A DNA stretch of 24,751 nucleotides from Alteromonas sp. Its GTDB lineage: Bacteria; Margulisbacteria; Marinamargulisbacteria; UBA6595. The DNA lies in contig CAXPTH010000017.1 of assembly GCA_964220215.1 (NCBI GenBank), forward strand, positions 1 through 24,751, in the 5' to 3' direction. A program made the position numbers and the translations under genes. Shown here in pieces: positions 1 to 9,285 of this stretch; within the stretch, counting starts at the first letter, position 1, and every line of letters starts with the position of its first letter. Under the pieces are notes generated by a model. The model ran no database searches and was not told where the DNA came from. It was given only the letters and a program-made list of their open reading frames with translations.

Positions 1-127
1 CGGAGACAACGTCAAAATGACGGTTGACTTGATGGTCTCGGTGGCGTGTGAAGAAGGCATGCGCTTTGCGATTCGTGAAGGTGGCCGAACTGTAGGCGCC
101 GGTGTTGTTACCACAATTATCGAGTAA
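1..127 (+). CDS. tuf: Elongation factor Tu, 3' fragment (truncated by window start)
   Basis: Frame from base 2 reads [41 protein letters not shown], the conserved EF-Tu C-terminus; TAA at 125-127. Confidence 0.97.
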   Translation, partial: GDNVKMTVDLMVSVACEEGMRFAIREGGRTVGAGVVTTIIE

Positions 128-132
128 TTCAC

Positions 133-576
133 ATGGCAGAAAAAAAGAAAGCAAAGGCGGCTGCAAAAGCAGCCGTAAAATCAGCGCCTAAAGCAAAGAA
201 GCCAGCAGCTAAAAAAGTTGCAAAGAAACAAGTGGCTCCAGAAGTTGCTAAGTCTGCAGCCTCAGCGCAATGCATTCGTATTAAGTTGAAGTCGTTTGAT
301 CAACTGTTGTTGGATCAATCGGTTGCACGCATTGTTGAGACTGGCCGATATTCGGGGGCTACCGTTGTGGGTCCAGTGCCGTTGCCAACTAAAAAGCGCA
401 AGTGGTGTATTTTAAAATCACCACACGTGGATAAACGTGGCGGAGAGCATTGGGAATTATCGATACACAGTCGGTTTGTGGATATTTTAGATCCACCGTC
501 AGCAACGGTTAATTCTCTGATGGAGCTTGACTTGCCATCGGGTGTGGACATCGAAGTTCGTCAAATATCTCGATAA
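133..576 (+). CDS. rpsJ: 30S ribosomal protein S10 with Lys/Ala-rich N-terminal extension
   Basis: IRIKLKSFD, GPVPLPT, LKSPHVDK and LDLPSGVDIEV are S10 motifs; follows tuf by 5 nt. Confidence 0.95.
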   Translation: MAEKKKAKAAAKAAVKSAPKAKKPAAKKVAKKQVAPEVAKSAASAQCIRIKLKSFDQLLLDQSVARIVETGRYSGATVVGPVPLPTKKRKWCILKSPHVDKRGGEHWELSIHSRFVDILDPPSATVNSLMELDLPSGVDIEVRQISR

Positions 577-639
577 TCTAATATAAGTTCGGGGTCGAGG
601 GGGCCCCTACATCAAGGGTCGGGGGTAGTTGGAGGAGGG

Positions 640-1629
640 TTAGAACTGATTAAGAAATCGTTGATCGTTTTCGTAGAATAGCTTAATAGACGGAATGTTG
701 TATTTGAGCATTGCAATGCGTTCAACGCCAAGCCCAAAGGCGAATCCCTTGTAAACAGAGGGGTCAATGTTAACAGCCTTGAGCACATTCGGGTGCACCA
801 TGCCGCACCCTAGAATTTCTAGCCAGGGTTGTTTGTCTGTCCACGCAACATCCACTTCAGCGGATGGCTCGGTAAATGGAAAATAGCTGGGTCGAAATCG
901 CACGCATTTGTCGCTGCCAAACATGTGCTTTAAAAACTGAGTTAAGATTGATTTTAATTCAGCGAATGAGGCAGTTTTTGAGACGAGTAGCCCTTCAATT
1001 TGATGAAACATAGCCGAATGAGAGCTGTCAGAATCGCAGCGATAGACTCGGCCGGGTACAATAATTTGAATGGGCAATTCATGGGTTTCCATGACATGAA
1101 TTTGAACGGGGCTGGTATGCGTTCGTAGCAAATGATTGGGGTCCAAATAAAACGTGTCATGCATGTCCCGAGCGGGGTGGTCATCCGGGATATTTAGTGC
1201 TTTGATATTATAAAAATCGGTTTCAATTTCAGGGCCTTGTTTAACGGAATAGCCGTGCTGTGCAAAAAAATCACAAATCGAACGGGTGATTTGGGTAATC
1301 GGATGAATATGGCCGGTTTGAGCCGTGTTAACCGGCTGGGTAACGTCAACAGTTTCAGTCTTGACCCGATGGTGGATGGCTTGATCACGCAACTGGTCGG
1401 TTTGTTTTTCAAAGGCATCCAGAAAGCTGGCTTTGATGGCATTAATGCGTTGTCCCAACTCAGCGCGGGTTTCTTTGGGTTGTTGCCCAATCGTTTTTAA
1501 TGCTTGAGTTAACAGCCCTTTTTTGCCCAATAGTGTTAGTTTTAAGTGTTCCAACGATTCGAGGCTTTGAGCATCATGGATGGCAGACAAATGATCCGAT
1601 TGTAAGGTGTCAAAATTAATATTAAGCAT
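640..1629 (-). CDS. pheS: Phenylalanine--tRNA ligase alpha subunit
   Basis: HPARDMHDTFY, LLRTHTSPVQ, FHQIEGL, RFRPSYFPFTEPSAEVD, WLEILGCGMVHPNVL, GFAFGLGVERIAM. Confidence 0.98.
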   Translation of the reverse strand: MLNINFDTLQSDHLSAIHDAQSLESLEHLKLTLLGKKGLLTQALKTIGQQPKETRAELGQRINAIKASFLDAFEKQTDQLRDQAIHHRVKTETVDVTQPVNTAQTGHIHPITQITRSICDFFAQHGYSVKQGPEIETDFYNIKALNIPDDHPARDMHDTFYLDPNHLLRTHTSPVQIHVMETHELPIQIIVPGRVYRCDSDSSHSAMFHQIEGLLVSKTASFAELKSILTQFLKHMFGSDKCVRFRPSYFPFTEPSAEVDVAWTDKQPWLEILGCGMVHPNVLKAVNIDPSVYKGFAFGLGVERIAMLKYNIPSIKLFYENDQRFLNQF

Positions 1630-2635
1630 TTGGATTTCCTTTGGTTATGGGTGAGTCAATAAAGTATTCTATTTTAGGTACCCAATCTTGAATAATAGAA
1701 TTGGTCGGGCGCAGGCCCATAATATAGTCTTTGTTAACCTTAATGGTATTGTATTGGCTGGCTTCAGTGAGCCAATTGGCTAGGTAAAGCTGAGCAGCGG
1801 CTTGGTTGAGTTTTTTTTCAGCTTCGGTATTATCATCTGGATTATCACGGACATCCGTCACCGATAATGCCCAGATATGATGCCCATCATCGTATACAAC
1901 CGGGTGTTTGCGGTGGGTTAATTTCAAAAGCAATTCTTGAACAGTTGCGGGGCATTCATCGAAGGCTTTTGGGATGGTTTGGTGAATAGCAATTGGTTGA
2001 GCACTTCGGGTTAATTTTTTGATTTTTTTCCATTTTCTTTGATGTTTGAGTTCATGAATAATTGGGCTTGATGTTATTTTAATGCCTTCGTAAGCAATTT
2101 TTTTGTTGACTAATGATAGACCCGGGGCTTGTTCCATCATTTGGTTAATGTACGCTGGGGATATTCGCATTTCCAGGCGGTTTAAAATGGCTTGTTTAAT
2201 GTAGCGCTTTTTTCCAATTAAATTCGCATAATTTAACAAGCCCGAACGATAGTGCTCGTGGTCAATATCGTAATCTTCTAAACGGGTTAAGTAGTCTTTT
2301 TTTGCATTGTCCAATGCGGTTTGCCCCATATTAATACCAATGGCTTCACCAATGTGTAGCAATAAGCTAAATTCAATAATTGTATCAACGAGTTGATTGC
2401 TTAAAAATGCAACGTGTAGCTGATCGCTGTAGGATAAATAGCCAGCATGACTTTTGAGTTCGCTGAGTGCGTGTTGCGTGGATAGTGTGGATCGAAAAAA
2501 ATCGTAGTCAATTAAATTTTCGTTGATGTCCAAGACTATGTTGGAATTCATGGATTCTGACACCAAGGTATCCCCATAAATGTTTCCCATAAGTAGGATT
2601 AGTAGGATAGTGATAATACCACCGTATCGATTCAT
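1622..2635 (-). CDS. Hypothetical exported or membrane-anchored protein (weak SurA/PrsA chaperone-like impression)
   Basis: 337-aa ORF with an N-terminal hydrophobic segment (GGIITILLILLMG), overlapping the pheS start by 8 nt. Family assignment is only an impression. Confidence 0.7.
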   Translation of the reverse strand: MNRYGGIITILLILLMGNIYGDTLVSESMNSNIVLDINENLIDYDFFRSTLSTQHALSELKSHAGYLSYSDQLHVAFLSNQLVDTIIEFSLLLHIGEAIGINMGQTALDNAKKDYLTRLEDYDIDHEHYRSGLLNYANLIGKKRYIKQAILNRLEMRISPAYINQMMEQAPGLSLVNKKIAYEGIKITSSPIIHELKHQRKWKKIKKLTRSAQPIAIHQTIPKAFDECPATVQELLLKLTHRKHPVVYDDGHHIWALSVTDVRDNPDDNTEAEKKLNQAAAQLYLANWLTEASQYNTIKVNKDYIMGLRPTNSIIQDWVPKIEYFIDSPITKGNPNA

Positions 2636-2642
2636 AAATTCT

Positions 2643-2671
2643 ATTGTAATCGATTACATTTTTCGGCACAA
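2643..2671 (-). promoter_or_regulatory. Putative sigma70 promoter for the 337-aa gene and pheS, overlapped by a 14-bp palindrome
   Basis: Minus strand TTGTGC (2671-2666), 17 bp, TACAAT (2648-2643), then 7 nt to ATG at 2635; perfect palindrome TGTAATCGATTACA at 2645-2658. Confidence 0.55.
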
Positions 2672-3304
2672 TGCGAATACAGCAATGGCTTTGGGTTTGC
2701 AGTGGTGATGGATGCATTGGATCATAGCGTTTACGGTACTTCCCGATGTGTAAATATCATCCACAATTAATAGAGACTGGTTATTGCAATTGTGTGTGTA
2801 TTGCGGGTTCCATTGAAAGGCATTGGCTAGTATTTTTTTTCGTTTTTCAGCGGGTTGGTTATACAGCGACGGCGTTTTTTTTACCCGTTGTACGCAGGGG
2901 TAGTATCGATGGCCGTAGCGGTGTTTAAATAAGCGTTCAACATGGTCAAACCCACGCTGACGAATGCGGCTGGGGTGACTGGGTACAGGAATAACAACAT
3001 CGGCGGTTGGAATTGCGAGACTATCCGGAAGTAGTTGCTTAACAACCGCTGGGTTGCAGTCAAATTTTAAACGATGCATCAGTGTTTGAATGGCCCCTGA
3101 AAATTCAAATAAGGCATGCACGGCATAGCTTTTTTCATAGATCGTAGTGGGTTCAGGGGTGCACAGATTTTTACAATAATCACAAAGTGCATGATCCCCC
3201 AATAATGGGTCCATGGGGGTGTCGCAATGATGGCAATGACTGGGGGCGCAGTACTGATTCAATGCCATAAGAAAACGGTTGAAAAATAGGCCTAGATTAT
3301 GCAT
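2654..3304 (-). CDS. comF: ComF family protein (double zinc ribbon + phosphoribosyltransferase-like domain)
   Basis: N-terminal CHHC and CDYC pairs, VIPVPSHPSRIRQRGFDH, and PRPP-binding LLIVDDIYTSGST. Confidence 0.9.
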   Translation of the reverse strand: MHNLGLFFNRFLMALNQYCAPSHCHHCDTPMDPLLGDHALCDYCKNLCTPEPTTIYEKSYAVHALFEFSGAIQTLMHRLKFDCNPAVVKQLLPDSLAIPTADVVIPVPSHPSRIRQRGFDHVERLFKHRYGHRYYPCVQRVKKTPSLYNQPAEKRKKILANAFQWNPQYTHNCNNQSLLIVDDIYTSGSTVNAMIQCIHHHCKPKAIAVFALCRKM

Positions 3305-3313
3305 TTTTTTATT

Positions 3314-3343
3314 AATTTAACGTAATCTGAATGGGTTTTTCAA
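3314..3343 (-). promoter_or_regulatory. Putative sigma70 promoter of comF
   Basis: Minus strand TTGAAA (3343-3338), 18 bp, TAAATT (3319-3314), 9 nt before ATG 3304; the -35 overlaps a DnaA-box variant. Confidence 0.4.
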
Positions 3344-3567
3344 CAGTTTATCCACAATCGGTTTGAATGGGTGTGGAAAACTCGGTTTATGGTTATTTTT
3401 ATAGTTTCAAAAAAAATAATCGAATGCACTAATTTTAAGCTCAAAACCCCGGGTTTTGCTTGCCTGTTTTAGGTGGGAATTCGGTCGGTTTTAGGAGGGC
3501 TGGGCTATTGGTTAATATTGTGGTTATTCACGGGTTATCCACAGGCTTGCTGCCGATCTGTGGATAA
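3337..3567. promoter_or_regulatory. DnaA-box cluster (oriC-like or DnaA-regulatory locus)
   Basis: TTATCCACA at 3348-3356 and 3535-3543, TGTGGATAA at 3559-3567, TGTGGAAAA at 3372-3380, variants TTTTCAACA at 3337-3345 and TTATTCACG at 3524-3532; AT-rich tract at about 3385-3440; all in a 315-bp divergent intergenic gap. Confidence 0.8.
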
Positions 3568-3579
3568 CCAACCTGCTTA

Positions 3580-3609
3580 TTGACAATTACGCTGTGTTTC
3601 CCGTAATTT
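3580..3609 (+). promoter_or_regulatory. Putative sigma70 promoter of hemJ-sucCD
   Basis: Consensus TTGACA at 3580-3585, 18 bp, TAATTT at 3604-3609; ATG at 3620 with no obvious Shine-Dalgarno. Confidence 0.55.
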
Positions 3610-3619
3610 TAATCTTGTA

Positions 3620-4138
3620 ATGGATTTAAATGTCATGCGTGCTTTACATATTATCTTTATGGTTTGCTGGTTTGCGGGCTTGCTTTATATTGGTCGGCTT
3701 TTTGTTTACTATGTTGAAGCAAAATCCAACGATGCATCCCCCCAAGTGTCCAAGCAGTTGCATATCATGATGAAACGGTTGTTTTATATTATAACGTGGC
3801 CCAGTGGTATCCTAACAACCATGATTGGATTGCATTTGCTCATGCAAACAGGTGCCTTAAGTTATCCGTGGATGCATGCAAAGTTGGGGTGTGTGGGTTT
3901 ACTTTGGGTCTATCATATTTGGTGTCATCGGTGTGTGGCGCTTCCACAGCGATTGCCCAGCAGTAGTCGAACCCTGCGTATTGCGAACGAGGTTCCTAGT
4001 GTTCTATTAATTGCCATTGTGTTTTTTGTATCCACACGAACGGTTGCCGTTGGCGTTCCAGTTTTGGGCACAGTGATTTTTTTCGGTGTTTTAGCGGTTG
4101 TATTATCTAAGTTAGTCAAGATTGAGGAGACAGTATGA
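3620..4138 (+). CDS. hemJ: Protoporphyrinogen IX oxidase HemJ family membrane protein
   Basis: RALHIIFMVCWFAGLLYIGRLFVY, WMHAKL and RIANEVP motifs; several hydrophobic helices. Confidence 0.88.
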   Translation: MDLNVMRALHIIFMVCWFAGLLYIGRLFVYYVEAKSNDASPQVSKQLHIMMKRLFYIITWPSGILTTMIGLHLLMQTGALSYPWMHAKLGCVGLLWVYHIWCHRCVALPQRLPSSSRTLRIANEVPSVLLIAIVFFVSTRTVAVGVPVLGTVIFFGVLAVVLSKLVKIEETV

Positions 4139-5307
4139 ATATTCATGAATATCAAGCAAAAGAGTTGTTAAAGCAATACAAGATTGCGATACAGGATGGT
4201 GTGGTGCTATCCGACGCTGCCGCTGCCGCTGAGACGATAACAGCGGTTCAGCAGCAATTTAATACGCAAGCCGTTGTTATAAAGGCTCAAATTCATGCCG
4301 GGGGTCGGGGTAAAGGTGGCGGCGTTAAGTTTTGCCCCAATACTGATTCGGCTAAGCAGGCCATTGACGCTATTTTGGGCATGAATTTAGTGACCCATCA
4401 AACAGGACCGGAGGGTCAGTTGGTTCGAAAGGTATTGGTTGCTCAAGCCTTGGATATTGAATCTGAATATTATGTTGCCATTACATTGGATCGCTCAACC
4501 GGTTGTCCAGTTGTTATGGTATCAACGGAAGGTGGGGTGGATATTGAGACAGTGGCGGCTGAAACGCCCGAAAAAATTACTCGCGTGACTGTCGATCCGG
4601 TTGTTGGTTTGCGTGCGTTTCAAGCCAGGCATTTAGCCGGCGCTTTGGGCTTGTCCGGGGATGTGTACAAGCAGGCTGTTGCATTTTTTTTGAAATTGTA
4701 CATTTGCTATGAGGAAACAGATGCGTCCTTGATTGAAGTAAATCCCTTGGTTGTGACGACGGAAGGGCAATTGGTTGCTTTAGATGCTAAATTTAATTTT
4801 GATGACAATGCCTTGTACCGTCAGAAAACCATTGCTGAGCAGCGCGATACCCATGAGGAAGATCCCTCAGAAGTTGAGGCAAGTAAGCATAATTTAAACT
4901 ATGTAAAACTAGATGGCAATGTTGGGTGTATGGTGAATGGTGCCGGATTAGCCATGGCAACCATGGATATCATCAAGTTTGAAGGGGGTGAACCGGCTAA
5001 CTTTTTAGATGTGGGGGGAGGCGCCAATGTCGAAACGGTGAAACAGGGATTTTCGATTATTTTGTCTGATCCCAATGTGAAGGCCATTTTAGTCAATATT
5101 TTTGGGGGTATTGTTCGATGTGACCGTGTTGCGAATGGAATCGTTCAAGCGGTGTCTGAAATGAATTTAACCGTTCCAGTTGTTGTCCGATTGGAGGGAA
5201 CGAATGCAGACGTGGCCAAAACAGTGTTGGATGAGTCTGGGGTGTCTATTATATCGGCGACTACTTTGGAAGATGCCGCACAAAAAGTTGTTCAGGCAGC
5301 GTCATAA
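4135..5307 (+). CDS. sucC: Succinate--CoA ligase [ADP-forming] beta subunit
   Basis: [68 protein letters not shown]. Confidence 0.97.
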   Translation: MNIHEYQAKELLKQYKIAIQDGVVLSDAAAAAETITAVQQQFNTQAVVIKAQIHAGGRGKGGGVKFCPNTDSAKQAIDAILGMNLVTHQTGPEGQLVRKVLVAQALDIESEYYVAITLDRSTGCPVVMVSTEGGVDIETVAAETPEKITRVTVDPVVGLRAFQARHLAGALGLSGDVYKQAVAFFLKLYICYEETDASLIEVNPLVVTTEGQLVALDAKFNFDDNALYRQKTIAEQRDTHEEDPSEVEASKHNLNYVKLDGNVGCMVNGAGLAMATMDIIKFEGGEPANFLDVGGGANVETVKQGFSIILSDPNVKAILVNIFGGIVRCDRVANGIVQAVSEMNLTVPVVVRLEGTNADVAKTVLDESGVSIISATTLEDAAQKVVQAAS

Positions 5308-5322
5308 AGAAGGAGGCAAACA

Positions 5323-6201
5323 ATGGCTATTTTAGTAGATAACGAATCACGAATCATCGTCCAGGGCATCACTGGATCCGAAGGCAGTTTTCATGCGGAG
5401 CAGTGTCTGGCGTATGGGACCAATATTGTAGGGGGTGTCACGCCAGGTAAAGGCGGGCAAAGCGTCTTGGATGGTGTGCCTGTATTTAATACGTGTTACG
5501 ATGCCCGACGCTCGGTTCAAGCCAACGTGTCGTTGATTTTTGTGCCGGCGCCGTTTGCTGCTGAGGCAATTATGGAAGCCGCTGATGCCGGTATTGAGTT
5601 GGTGGTTTGTATTACTGAAGGGATTCCGGTTCGAGATATGGTGATGGTTAAAGCCTATTTGAAAAATAAGCAGACCCGCTTGATTGGCCCCAACTGCCCG
5701 GGTTTGTTAACGCCCGAGCAAGCAAAAGTGGGCATTATGCCTGGGTTTATTGCCAATCCCGGTCGCATTGGGGTGGTGTCCAAGTCTGGAACATTAACGT
5801 ATGAAGCGGTCTATCAAATTGGCCGTGTGGGGTTGGGTCAGTCAACCTGTGTGGGCATTGGCGGAGACCCAATCATTGGAACAACAATGGTGGATGTTTT
5901 AAAATTGTTTGAAGCGGATCCGTTGACCGATGCCGTGGTTCTCATTGGTGAAATTGGGGGCTCTATGGAAATTGAAGCGGCTGAATACGTGCGCCAGCAT
6001 GGAACAAAACCGGTGATTGGCTTTATTGCTGGAGAAACAGCTCCTCCAGGACGTCGAATGGGTCACGCTGGGGCTATTGTATCCGGCGCTGATGAGTCTG
6101 CAGCGGCTAAAAAAGCGGTTATGCGAAGCAGTGGTATTATTGTTGTCGATTCGCCAGCATTAATTGGGGAGGCTGTTGCTAAACAATTGCAAACCGCATA
6201 G
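5323..6201 (+). CDS. sucD: Succinate--CoA ligase alpha subunit
   Basis: [33 protein letters not shown], phosphohistidine motif [14 protein letters not shown] ribosome-binding site upstream. Confidence 0.97.
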   Translation: MAILVDNESRIIVQGITGSEGSFHAEQCLAYGTNIVGGVTPGKGGQSVLDGVPVFNTCYDARRSVQANVSLIFVPAPFAAEAIMEAADAGIELVVCITEGIPVRDMVMVKAYLKNKQTRLIGPNCPGLLTPEQAKVGIMPGFIANPGRIGVVSKSGTLTYEAVYQIGRVGLGQSTCVGIGGDPIIGTTMVDVLKLFEADPLTDAVVLIGEIGGSMEIEAAEYVRQHGTKPVIGFIAGETAPPGRRMGHAGAIVSGADESAAAKKAVMRSSGIIVVDSPALIGEAVAKQLQTA

Positions 6202-7290
6202 ATGAAGCAGGTTTTCGTCGCTGCAACCCGTCAGAATGACGGAAAGACACTCGTGTCTTTAGGGCTGTTTCACGCCCTGTTGCAGCGCTACCCCAACATG
6301 GGGTACATGAAGCCAGTGGGGCAGCAGTATCGGGTGATTGATGGGGAAAAAATTGATAAAGATGCGGCGTTAATTTATCACAGTTATGGCTTGGCGGATA
6401 ACTTAAAACTGATGAGCCCAATTGCGGTTCCGTCAGGGTTTACACGGCAGTTTATTGATGGGGAAAGCGACTCCGATACGTTGGTTAACAAAATTTTATC
6501 GGCCAAGGAACACTTGTCGGACGGCAAGTCCTGCATGCTATATGAAGGTACGGGTCACGCGGGGGTGGGGTCGGTATTTGGTTTGTCGAATGCGACCGTG
6601 GCCAAGGCATTAAATACCTCGGTTATTTTAGTTACCCTGGGAGGCATTGGACGAACGATTGATGAATTTATGTTGAATAAAGCCTGCTTTGATCAACAGG
6701 GTGTTCAGGTGTCCGGGGTTATTGTGAATAAAGTGTTGCCGGAAAAGTATGACGATGTAGAGCCGGTCATTCGGCGCGGGTTTGATCGATTGGGCATCCC
6801 CGTGTTTGGGGTTATTCCCATGAAATCGATGCTCAGTTGGCCATCGGTAATGGCGTTGCAAAAAGATTTAAATGCCACGTGGCTCAGTGATTCTGAGGCG
6901 GGGTTGTTGAATTGTGTGGAGCATTTTGTGATTGGGGATATGCAGCCGCACGATGCGTTGCATGTGATTAAGCCCAATACGGTCTTAATTGTGCCGGGCA
7001 ATCGCGAGGGGTTAATTTTAGCGGCCTTATTTGATAGTTTGTATGATCATCAGCATCGATTGTCCGGTATTATTTTTACCAATTCAGTATCCCCAGAGCA
7101 AAAAGTATTGGATTTAATTAAGCGGACGAATATTCCGTTGTTGCAGGTGGATGAAGATTCATTTTCAGTTGCAACACGCATTAATAAAATGATTTTTAAA
7201 GTCTACGATAAAGAGTCTCATAAGATTAAAGCGGCCCAAGATTTGGTGGAGCAGTATGTGGATTTGGATGCCGTGTGCGCAATTTTATAG
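6202..7290 (+). CDS. Phosphotransacetylase N-terminal-like protein (BioD-like P-loop + DRTGG domain, no PTA catalytic domain)
   Basis: P-loop ATRQNDGKT, GYMKPVG, LYEGTGH, GVIVNKV, followed by a DRTGG-like region (LIVPGNREGLILAA); 362 aa. Confidence 0.8.
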   Translation: MKQVFVAATRQNDGKTLVSLGLFHALLQRYPNMGYMKPVGQQYRVIDGEKIDKDAALIYHSYGLADNLKLMSPIAVPSGFTRQFIDGESDSDTLVNKILSAKEHLSDGKSCMLYEGTGHAGVGSVFGLSNATVAKALNTSVILVTLGGIGRTIDEFMLNKACFDQQGVQVSGVIVNKVLPEKYDDVEPVIRRGFDRLGIPVFGVIPMKSMLSWPSVMALQKDLNATWLSDSEAGLLNCVEHFVIGDMQPHDALHVIKPNTVLIVPGNREGLILAALFDSLYDHQHRLSGIIFTNSVSPEQKVLDLIKRTNIPLLQVDEDSFSVATRINKMIFKVYDKESHKIKAAQDLVEQYVDLDAVCAIL

Positions 7291-7318
7291 GCGTTTTGTG
7301 TTAAAAATCCTATAAAAA

Positions 7319-7327
7319 TGCTACAAT
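7319..7327 (+). promoter_or_regulatory. Extended -10 promoter upstream of ilvB
   Basis: TGcTACAAT at 7319-7327, 9 nt before ATG 7337. Confidence 0.5.
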
Positions 7328-7336
7328 AGGGCTCTA

Positions 7337-9049
7337 ATGACAAAGCAAGAACGAAACGGGGCTCAGGCATTAATTGCGTGTTTAGAGAGCCACAATGTCC
7401 CCTATATTTTTGGATATTCCGGCGGTGCTGCAATGCCCATGTTTGACGCACTGGTTGATTCGTCGATTGAATTAATCATGCCCCGTCACGAGCAAGGGGC
7501 GATTCATGCGGCGGATGGATATGCCCGTGTTTCGCATCAACCGGGGGTGGTTCTGGTGACCAGTGGGCCTGGAGCTACAAATATTGTAACGGGGTTGCTA
7601 ACGGCTCAGATGGATTCGGTTCCCTTAATCGTGCTCACAGGTCAAACGAATTTGGATAACTTGGGGAAAGATGCGTTTCAGGAAGCGGATGTTTTTGGGA
7701 TTACGTTGCCCGTTGTGAAACACAGCTATTTGGTGCGCAACACCAATGATATTCCCCGTATTATTCATGAAGCCTTTCATATTTGCAATACGGGTCGGCC
7801 CGGCCCGGTGCTGATTGATTTGCCTAAAAACATTACCAGCGGGCCCTGCACAGCATCGTTGGATGCGCCGGTTCATTTACCGGGGTATCGCTTGCCACAG
7901 CCCCCGGACCCCGTGGCCGTTCAAACTATGGCACAGTACATTCAGGCATCCAAGAAGCCCCTCTTGTTGGTGGGCCAAGGGGCGGTTATTGCGCGCGCTA
8001 GCCATGAGGTGATTCAATTGGCTGAAACCTTGCAGGCGCCTGTAACAACAACGTTGTTGGGCAAAGGTGTGTTTCCAGAAACCCATCCCTTGGCGTTGGG
8101 CATGCTGGGTATGCATGGGACAGCGTATGCGAACAAAGCCTTGGTGGACTGTGATCTGATTGTGTCGATAGGGTCTCGCTTTGATGACCGCATTAATGGG
8201 GATCCGAGTCGATTTTGCCCCAATGCCAAACGCCTCCATATTGATGTGGATCCGGGTGAAATTAATAAGATTGTCTCGGTGGATGCCCATGTTTTGGGCG
8301 ATGCCAAATCGGTCTTGCAAGCACTGTTGCCGTTAGTGAAGCCATTAAAGACACGGGCTTGGCTGACAACAATCCGAAAAAGCAAACGAGACTTTCCCCT
8401 GAAATACGATAATGCGCAAGGGCTTACATCTCAGCGGGTTTTGGACGACATTTCACGAATTACACAAGGCAATGCAATTGTCACCACCGATGTGGGGCAG
8501 CACCAAATGTGGGCGGCTCAGTTTATTCAACTTAGCCGGCCGGATACCTGGTTGTCATCCGGTGGTGCGGGGACGATGGGCTATGGGTTTCCATCTGCGA
8601 TTGGCGCGCAATTGGCTGCCCCTGAGTCGCTCGTTATTGCGGTGGTTGGCGATGGCGGGTTTCAAATGACCTTGTATGAGTTATCAACCATTATGCTGTA
8701 TAAGCTTCCCGTTAAGATTGTTATTTTAGACAACAAGTATTTGGGGATGGTTCGCCAGTGGCAGGAATTGTTTTTTGATAATCGGTTGTCGGGTGTTGAT
8801 TTGGATCACAGTCCGGATTTTGTTAAATTAGCCCAGAGTTATGGGGTGAAGGGCGTTCGAATTCGCAATACGCGCAGTTGTCGGCGCATACTCAAACAAG
8901 CGTTTGAGCATCCAGGGCCGGTGTTGATTCATGCGGAGGTTATTAAAGAAGATAATGTGTTTCCGATGATCCCTGCGGGCAAGTCCGCGGAAGCGATGAT
9001 TTTAGAACGTCCCGATACGCCCATGGAAAAACCAACCGGGAGTACATGA
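7337..9049 (+). CDS. ilvB: Acetolactate synthase large subunit (biosynthetic type)
   Basis: [53 protein letters not shown], ThDP motif GDGGFQM...N, GMVRQWQ. Confidence 0.96.
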   Translation: MTKQERNGAQALIACLESHNVPYIFGYSGGAAMPMFDALVDSSIELIMPRHEQGAIHAADGYARVSHQPGVVLVTSGPGATNIVTGLLTAQMDSVPLIVLTGQTNLDNLGKDAFQEADVFGITLPVVKHSYLVRNTNDIPRIIHEAFHICNTGRPGPVLIDLPKNITSGPCTASLDAPVHLPGYRLPQPPDPVAVQTMAQYIQASKKPLLLVGQGAVIARASHEVIQLAETLQAPVTTTLLGKGVFPETHPLALGMLGMHGTAYANKALVDCDLIVSIGSRFDDRINGDPSRFCPNAKRLHIDVDPGEINKIVSVDAHVLGDAKSVLQALLPLVKPLKTRAWLTTIRKSKRDFPLKYDNAQGLTSQRVLDDISRITQGNAIVTTDVGQHQMWAAQFIQLSRPDTWLSSGGAGTMGYGFPSAIGAQLAAPESLVIAVVGDGGFQMTLYELSTIMLYKLPVKIVILDNKYLGMVRQWQELFFDNRLSGVDLDHSPDFVKLAQSYGVKGVRIRNTRSCRRILKQAFEHPGPVLIHAEVIKEDNVFPMIPAGKSAEAMILERPDTPMEKPTGST

Positions 9050-9285
9050 TGACCAAAGAGATTCATATTCATGTTGCCAATCAGCCTGGGGTGTTAAGTC
9101 GCGTCGCCCAGGTGTTTGCCCGCCGCGGGTTTAATATTGAGTCTTTGCAAGTTGTGCCAGACTCGGATAAGATTCATTCGTATATGACAGTTGTGGCGAC
9201 GGGTGATGCGTCTGTTTGGCCACAAATTATTAAGCAAGTATCGAAGTTAGTGGATGTGATTCATTGTGAATTTAAGGAGTCGTGA
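9046..9285 (+). CDS. ilvN: Acetolactate synthase small subunit (ACT domain only)
   Basis: [25 protein letters not shown] and [16 protein letters not shown] overlap with ilvB. Confidence 0.9.
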   Translation: MMTKEIHIHVANQPGVLSRVAQVFARRGFNIESLQVVPDSDKIHSYMTVVATGDASVWPQIIKQVSKLVDVIHCEFKES

